Source: Planctomycetota bacterium (lineage in GTDB: Bacteria > Planctomycetota > SZUA-567 > H5-PLA8). Taken from it: a stretch of 32,630 nucleotides of DNA. Location of the stretch: assembly GCA_038227875.1 (NCBI GenBank), contig JBBRPR010000084.1:1-32630 (forward strand), read 5' to 3'. The position numbers and the translations under genes are program-made. Below, one piece after another: positions 26,791 through 32,630 of this stretch. The notes under the pieces were generated by a model that worked only from the letters and a program-made list of their open reading frames with translations, made no database searches and was not told the DNA's origin. Position 1 is the first letter of the stretch, and each line of letters begins with the position of its first letter.

Positions 26791-27630
26791 TTAAAGTGAT
26801 CGCAGCCGGTCTCCGCGCAGCCGATAGGCGGTCGGATTGCAGCCGGTGAAGCGTCGAAACTGCTTGTTGAAGTGCTGGCTGTCGCCGAATCCCAGGCGCG
26901 CCGCGATGCGGCCGATCGGCAGGTCGGTCGTCATCAGCAGGCTCTGCGCGTGTTCCACGCGCCGAGCCAGCAGGTAGCGCTGCACCGTCTGCCCGTGATG
27001 CTCGCGGAAGGCTCTGGCAAACCAGTTCTGCGAGAGGCCCACCTTGCTCGCCAATTGCGGCACCGATAGCTCCTCGTCGAAATGCGCATCCAGATGTGCG
27101 GCCGCGCGCGTCACCGCGTCGCCGGTTCTGCCGATGCGCTCGCGGTCGGGAGCGGCGGCGGCCTGAGCACTCTGCGTCGCGTGGGCGGCGAGAGTCATCA
27201 ACAATTCCTGCAAGGCGCCGGCCGCTGCGGCGCGCGTCAACCGACCGTCTCCGGGCGCGGCCAGCAACCCGCTGATGCGGCCAATCGCATCCACCACGCG
27301 CGCTCGGAGCGGGCCCAGCGACATATGAAGCGGGATGGCGCACCGTTCGCCGCTGCCGAGCATCGGATGAAAATGGATGCACCAATGATGCCCGCGCTTG
27401 AGCACGTGGTAACGGGTTTCGCCTTGCGCGGGCGAGAGCGTGACGTCGCCGGGATGCAGCGCGTATTCCCGATCGCCAATCCGGATGAAGCCATGGTAGT
27501 CGTAGAGATGCAGGGCGTGGGTGGGAGAGCAGTAGAGGTACGAAAAGTCCTTGTCATCGAGCGGATAGCGCCCGGACCGAAGCACGTCGGGCAAAGCAGC
27601 GAGCCACCAGGTAAATTCAGAAGTTCTCAT
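26791..27630 (-). CDS. AraC-family transcriptional regulator
   Basis: Cupin-like N-terminus; double HTH (LASKVGLSQNWFARAF; IAARLGFGDSQHFNKQFRRFTGCNPTAYR). Confidence 0.93.
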   Translation of the reverse strand: MRTSEFTWWLAALPDVLRSGRYPLDDKDFSYLYCSPTHALHLYDYHGFIRIGDREYALHPGDVTLSPAQGETRYHVLKRGHHWCIHFHPMLGSGERCAIPLHMSLGPLRARVVDAIGRISGLLAAPGDGRLTRAAAAGALQELLMTLAAHATQSAQAAAAPDRERIGRTGDAVTRAAAHLDAHFDEELSVPQLASKVGLSQNWFARAFREHHGQTVQRYLLARRVEHAQSLLMTTDLPIGRIAARLGFGDSQHFNKQFRRFTGCNPTAYRLRGDRLRSL

Positions 27631-27672
27631 CAGAGTGATGAATTTATACCACAAGTGGTCGGATCTTTACAA

Positions 27673-27702
27673 TTGCGAGGCGAACAAACGTGTGGCTATA
27701 AT
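27673..27702 (+). promoter_or_regulatory. Sigma70-type promoter for second PhyH gene (TTGCGA-18-TATAAT)
   Basis: Perfect TATAAT at 27697-27702, 30 nt before the ATG and its AAGGAG RBS. Confidence 0.5.
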
Positions 27703-27732
27703 GTTGAAATCTTACTCAAGGAGATTTACCTC

Positions 27733-28539
27733 ATGCCAGCCACACTTCCGACCTGTCCCCCTGCCACCGACCTCGCTGCCGTCGCAGCCTTTTACCAGGA
27801 GTACGGCTACTACATCGGCCGCGGCCTGGTTGATCCCGCGACCCTCGCGGGCCTCGACCGCGACTTCGACCGCATCGTTTCGCAGATCCAGTCCGGCGGC
27901 GCGAACGCCAACGCGCGCTGGGATCAGGACACCACCAACGCCATCGACCAAGATCGCACGTCAGTAGTGATTCACACCCATCAGGTTCAGAAGTATTCCG
28001 CGGCGTGGGCGCGCTGGTTGTTCGACGACCGCTACCTCAACGTGGTCGAGTCGATGATCGGCCCGGACATCGTCCTGCATCACACCAAGTTGTTCCTCAA
28101 GCCAGCCGGGCGTGGCGCGGCGTTCCCTCCGCATCAGGATTACGGCTACTTCCGCACCACTGTCCACTCGATGCTGGCCGCGGCGGTCTATCTGTCCGAC
28201 TCCAACGAAAGCAACGGCTGTCTGCGCGTATGGCCGGGCAGCCATAAACTCGGACCCGTCGATCCCCAGGAAAGCATGGGCGCCAGCGCCACCTTCGCCG
28301 CGCGCTTCCCTTTCGAAGAGTCCGTCCCCGTCGAAGTCAAACCCGGCGACGTGGCGTTCTTCAGCTACCTGACCGTCCACGGTTCACTGCCCAACCGCAG
28401 CGATCGTCCGCGCAAGTCGGTGCTGGTGCAGTTGCGCAGCGGCAACGATCCCATGGCCGACAGCGGTCATCCCGATTCCAATCTGGTGCTGCGTGGATGG
28501 AACCATCACATGAGTCGGGACCGCGCCAATTCCAACTGA
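27733..28539 (+). CDS. Phytanoyl-CoA dioxygenase (PhyH) family Fe(II)/2OG oxygenase
   Basis: True start ATG 27733 (AAGGAG RBS) within the longer ORF; FYQEYGY, PPHQD, WPGSH, VHGSLPNRSDRPR. Confidence 0.92.
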   Translation: MPATLPTCPPATDLAAVAAFYQEYGYYIGRGLVDPATLAGLDRDFDRIVSQIQSGGANANARWDQDTTNAIDQDRTSVVIHTHQVQKYSAAWARWLFDDRYLNVVESMIGPDIVLHHTKLFLKPAGRGAAFPPHQDYGYFRTTVHSMLAAAVYLSDSNESNGCLRVWPGSHKLGPVDPQESMGASATFAARFPFEESVPVEVKPGDVAFFSYLTVHGSLPNRSDRPRKSVLVQLRSGNDPMADSGHPDSNLVLRGWNHHMSRDRANSN

Positions 28540-28808
28540 GTAAAGGTCGATGGCTTCCCTATTGTCCATTCGCAAGCCGGCGTCACTTCGCGCCGACTTT
28601 TTATTGCAACGGACCTCTCGCTTTTGACCACAGCGTGCAAATGAACCCAACACAATGAACTAATTACACGCGCCCAAATTCCACTCGTGCGTTAAGCCAA
28701 CATTGCAAACTGCTTTGTCCCCGTAAGTTCCACGAATCGCCATCCCACCGATTGCGTTGGCCTTGTCTTCGCTTTCCAGATGCCTCACATGTTCAACTGG
28801 GGCGGGCA

Positions 28809-30662
28809 ATGGTGAATACGCGATCGCGAAAACCTGTGCGTGAAAAGGGCCGGCCGGAGAAGCCCGCGCGCGTTCGTGACGATGCGCACTCCGCCGTGAA
28901 AGAGATTCACGGCTACAGCCTGATCTGCAAAGTCGGACAGGGCGGCATGGGCGCGGTCTTTAAAGCCCGCCAGAACAGCCTCGATCGCGAAGTCGCGTTG
29001 AAGATTCTCCCTCCGAAGATCGCGGCCGATCGCAGCTTCATCGAACGCTTCCGCAATGAAGCGCGCGCGTCGGCGAAACTCTGCCATCCAAACATTGTTC
29101 AAGGCATCGACGTCGGCCACGATGAACGTTCGGGACTGTGGTATTTCTCGATGGAATTCATTAACGGCCCGTCGGTCAAAGCGCTGATCCAGAATCACGG
29201 CGCGATCCGCGAGCGCGAAGCGCTGCGCATCGCCGGCGAAGTGGCGCGGGCGCTGACGGCAGTCAATCACGCCGGCCTGGTCCATCGCGACATCAAGCCC
29301 GATAACATTCTGCTGACCTCCGCGGGCGAAGTGAAAGTCGCGGACCTCGGCCTCACCCGCGATCTGACAAACGACGCGGCGGATATGACGTCCGTCGGGC
29401 AGGCCGTCGGCACGCCGCATTACATGTCGCCGGAACAGGTCCGCGGCTCCAAGGACGTGGACATCCGCGCCGATCTTTACGCGCTGGGCGCGACGTTGTA
29501 CCACATGGTCACCGCCGCGTCTCCCTTCGATGGCGAGACCAACGTCGATATCATGTCCAAGCATCTCCACGCTCCGCCACCGCACGCGCGCTCCGCCAAC
29601 GCCGATGTCAGCGAGGAGTGCGAGCGTCTGATTGTGAAGTTGATGGCCAAGAAGCCCGAAGACCGCTACCAGACGCCCGAGAAAGTACTCCGCGACATCG
29701 AGTCGCTGCTGAGCGCTAGCAATTTGCTGGAGACGTCGGAGCCGGCCGAAGAAACTGTGGTGCCAGACCCTTCGCGCAAACACGCGTCGCGCAACCGCAC
29801 GCCGGCGTTGATGACCTCACGCACTGGCATTTCAGCGCAATCGCGATCGCCACTGAAGCCCGCGGCCGCTGCCAGGGGCGTCGCGTGGTACATGTACGCA
29901 GCCCTCTCGATTCCTTTCATGATTCTGGCGGCGGCGATGTTGGCCTCAAACAACTCGACTCACGCGGCCACAACCGCTTCGCTCCCTGAGAAGACTGAAC
30001 TCACGCCCGAACTCAAGCCGGAATCCAAGCGCGAAATTCCTGCGCTCCCGGCGTCCGCGCCTGCCCCTCAAGTGGAAGCGCCCGTTCCGCCGCCGATACA
30101 ACCGTCCCTGAAACATGTTGACGCCGTCATGCATCCTGCGCCGGCGATCGCCCCTGCCGCCAGCGCAGGTGTCTGGTGGGAAGCCGAGGATGCGACGCAG
30201 CAGGACTTTGTTTCACACGTGTGGCTCGCCGACCAGCTCGACAAACGAAACCTGTCGGGGCGCAAGTACCTGAGCCATTTGAACGATCCAAACTGGTGGA
30301 AATTTCCGAATCATAAAGTGCCCGGAAGCGTCCACGCCACATTTACGGTCGACGTGCCCGCCGACGGAACCTACACGCTATGGGTGCGCGAGTACGATCC
30401 CTATAGCGCCGCACCCTGGAAATTTCGCTGGGATGACCGCAGCTGGTTTTCCGTGCCTGTCGATTATCCGTGGGAGAACAAAATCGAAATCGGCAAAGAC
30501 CGTTGGCTGGTCTGGCGCAAATACCCCAATCAGACCCTGACCAAGGGCAAACACACGTTCAAACTCGAAGCGGCCTTCGACGACCGCAAGATATTCGCTG
30601 CGTACGACTGCTTCTATCTGACGACGGGTGCGTTTAGGCCGAATGGCGTTGCTAAACCGTAA
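28809..30662 (+). CDS. Receptor-type Ser/Thr kinase with TM helix and C-terminal CBM-like domain
   Basis: GQGGMGAV, VALK, HRDIKPDN, DLGL, GTPHYMSPE; TM WYMYAALSIPFMILAAAML; Pro linker; WWEAED..VPADGTYTLWVR..LTKGKHTFKL..DCFYLT. Confidence 0.9.
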   Translation: MVNTRSRKPVREKGRPEKPARVRDDAHSAVKEIHGYSLICKVGQGGMGAVFKARQNSLDREVALKILPPKIAADRSFIERFRNEARASAKLCHPNIVQGIDVGHDERSGLWYFSMEFINGPSVKALIQNHGAIREREALRIAGEVARALTAVNHAGLVHRDIKPDNILLTSAGEVKVADLGLTRDLTNDAADMTSVGQAVGTPHYMSPEQVRGSKDVDIRADLYALGATLYHMVTAASPFDGETNVDIMSKHLHAPPPHARSANADVSEECERLIVKLMAKKPEDRYQTPEKVLRDIESLLSASNLLETSEPAEETVVPDPSRKHASRNRTPALMTSRTGISAQSRSPLKPAAAARGVAWYMYAALSIPFMILAAAMLASNNSTHAATTASLPEKTELTPELKPESKREIPALPASAPAPQVEAPVPPPIQPSLKHVDAVMHPAPAIAPAASAGVWWEAEDATQQDFVSHVWLADQLDKRNLSGRKYLSHLNDPNWWKFPNHKVPGSVHATFTVDVPADGTYTLWVREYDPYSAAPWKFRWDDRSWFSVPVDYPWENKIEIGKDRWLVWRKYPNQTLTKGKHTFKLEAAFDDRKIFAAYDCFYLTTGAFRPNGVAKP

Positions 30663-30671
30663 GATTGAATT

Positions 30672-31850
30672 TCACGGCTTGCTTCTCGCGACTTCAGCGC
30701 CCAACCAGCGCTCAATCTCCCGGAAGCATTGCCCGTCCGGTTCGAACATGAGAAAGTGATCTTCCTGCGGGTAGACCTTGTAATCGCAGTGCAAACCGAG
30801 TCCTTTCAACGACTCCATATTGCTGGACACGGAACTTTCGGAAATTCTGCCGTCGGCAGTTCCTGTCACACACAAAATCGGACGGTTGCCCCACGCTTTC
30901 AGAAAGGGTGCCGAATTCAACACATGAGTATCAATGGCCGGGCTGATGAAGATGGCGCCGGCGTAATGTTCGGGATGCACCGCGATGGTTCGCGAGACGC
31001 CCAGGCTGCCATTGGAATATCCCGCCAGAAAAATTCGATCCGGATCCCCGTTAAGCTTCTCAATCGCGTACTGGCGCACACGCTCCACCGCGTCGCTTCC
31101 GCCGCCACCCCAGGATCCAAATCCAAAGCTGGGACACAGCACAATGTACGTGTTTCGAATTCCGAATTTCTCCCAAATGGCTAGATAGGCCTTGTTGTTC
31201 CCGCCGAAGCCGTGGAGCGCAATCATTACCGGGAGCCGCGATTCGGTCGACGCCTGGGGAACGTATTGATAAACGTGCCCGACATCGAACGTTCCACCCC
31301 ACAACTGCGCCAGCGTATAGCGCGAGACCGATCCCAGCGCGCAGTACTCCGGTCGCTGCTCCATTTCGCGGTAGAGCGGCAGTAATAGTTCAGACAACCG
31401 TCTGGCTTCTTTCTGGCCACGGAGCATGCCCAGGCGCGGGCCCACGATGAATCCGAGTTTGTACTGATCGATTTCGGGAAGAATGTTGAATGGCGAGAAG
31501 CGCGGAAAATCATAGTCCCGAAGGAACACCTGGTTGATCGTTGACGTCGAATCCGGAGTTCCTGTCGGCGCAGACAGGATGATCAGTGCGAACAGCAGCA
31601 GACCAAGTCCGCCGGTGGTTGCAACAGGCACGAATCGCCGACGCCGCGACTTTTCAACCGCAAAAAGCGCTGAAGCCGGAATGCACGCGATCGTAAAGAT
31701 GAGTGCCGCGATACTGCGGCCCGCAAACGTCTCGAAGATGAAGAACAGCGCGCCGCCCACTAAGAGACCCGCCACGATCAAAAGGCCGCACGGAATCCAA
31801 AGCCACCGGGAGACGTGTTGCAACCAGGACGGGTCATTTGCCTGTGTCAT
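30672..31850 (-). CDS. Membrane-anchored alpha/beta hydrolase (esterase-like)
   Basis: Three N-terminal TM segments; LHGFGG; nucleophile GYSNG; Asp (TADG) and His (EDH). Start uncertain (31850 or 31901). Confidence 0.82.
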   Translation of the reverse strand: MTQANDPSWLQHVSRWLWIPCGLLIVAGLLVGGALFFIFETFAGRSIAALIFTIACIPASALFAVEKSRRRRFVPVATTGGLGLLLFALIILSAPTGTPDSTSTINQVFLRDYDFPRFSPFNILPEIDQYKLGFIVGPRLGMLRGQKEARRLSELLLPLYREMEQRPEYCALGSVSRYTLAQLWGGTFDVGHVYQYVPQASTESRLPVMIALHGFGGNNKAYLAIWEKFGIRNTYIVLCPSFGFGSWGGGGSDAVERVRQYAIEKLNGDPDRIFLAGYSNGSLGVSRTIAVHPEHYAGAIFISPAIDTHVLNSAPFLKAWGNRPILCVTGTADGRISESSVSSNMESLKGLGLHCDYKVYPQEDHFLMFEPDGQCFREIERWLGAEVARSKP

Positions 31851-32131
31851 CGGCGTGGATTCTCGACGATCCAGCAGCACTTTCACGCGCTCGGTGGGCA
31901 ACGCGTACTTATTTTCAATGGCTTACCACGCGCTCCCAAGCTATTCCAATACTTCCAACCTCAGGATGCCGTTTGTGATGACACGGAATGCCGATTTCCA
32001 AACGCGGCTCCCGGCACGGTTCCGCCCGCAACCCATCCATGATTGAGATTTCATGTATTTTGCGCTTCGGCATTTTGCTGCTAAACTTCCGCGCTGAAAT
32101 TCCTCACACTCTTCGTTGAAAGGTCCTGCTC

Positions 32132-32530
32132 ATGAATCTGAAATCGTTCCAGCCGCTCTGTGTGCTGTCCGTCGCGTTTCTGCTCGCGTTGCTCGCCGGA
32201 TGCGGCGACGCCTCAAAGCCGGCCGCGCCCACGACACCAGCGCCTGCGCCCACAGTGGACAAGGCTCCAGCGCCAGCGCCCGTCCCTGAAGCGCCGAAAG
32301 GGTTGGGAATTTCGCAAGGCAAGTTGATGATCGGCACCGGCACGCTGGCGCTCGATCAAGCCGATATGAAGACCACCGAAGGCAACGTTTACATGGGCAG
32401 CACCAGCGACGACGCGACGAAGTCCGCCAAGTTGATCGTGTACGGAACATCCGACGTTGTCCGGCACGTCTATCTGGTCGCGAACATTCTGTCGGGAATC
32501 ACGTACTTCAGCGCTGTGAGTCTCAGATAA
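32132..32530 (+). CDS. Hypothetical lipoprotein
   Basis: Signal peptide ending in lipobox LLAGC; Pro/Ala linker; short beta-rich domain. Confidence 0.7.
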   Translation: MNLKSFQPLCVLSVAFLLALLAGCGDASKPAAPTTPAPAPTVDKAPAPAPVPEAPKGLGISQGKLMIGTGTLALDQADMKTTEGNVYMGSTSDDATKSAKLIVYGTSDVVRHVYLVANILSGITYFSAVSLR

Positions 32531-32630
32531 ATCGGCGCGGGAAAGTGTGAACGGCGCGGATTGATTCTCAAAATATATGGCGTTATGAATCGCGTGACGG
32601 TGCCGCAGCCGGAATAGAATCAGATTGTAC

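Noticed and set aside
27082..27732. N-terminal extension of the 485-aa PhyH ORF
   Set aside because: Overlaps AraC on the opposite strand; RBS and promoter support ATG 27733.
32550..32630. Frame reading YESRDGAAAGIES, faintly YegP/DUF1508-like
   Set aside because: Too short, in-frame stop just upstream with no start codon, and cut by the window edge.

Overview
GC-rich bacterial chromosomal window, probably from a Planctomycetota/PVC organism. This is an inference from the Ser/Thr kinases, the FGE-sulfatase, PhyH and HEAT proteins, the CxxC zinc-ribbon N-termini and the PVC-type pilM cluster. From left to right: a flippase-like membrane protein (cut by the window edge); a pilM(+pilN)/pilO-like/hypothetical operon; a LacI regulator divergent from a glycan locus (small Zn-ribbon protein, GH42-like protein, 1543-aa GH2, FGE-domain protein, Zn-ribbon-TM-2xLamG protein); a split methylmalonyl-CoA mutase; an unannotated ~185-nt structured RNA resembling 6S RNA; a DUF2188-like protein; a CheY-like receiver; a kinase-receiver fusion; two regulator/PhyH divergons; an STN+HEAT protein that looks like an ECF sigma factor missing its sigma core; a receptor Ser/Thr kinase; an esterase; and a lipoprotein. 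No rRNA, tRNA, CRISPR array or transposase was seen. Best leads: (1) a shared-operator Zn-ribbon/LamG module that may sense glycans, (2) the 6S-like RNA, (3) the sigma-deleted ECF fusion, (4) a TM hairpin inserted inside an FGE domain. All calls come from reading motifs by eye; no database searches were run.
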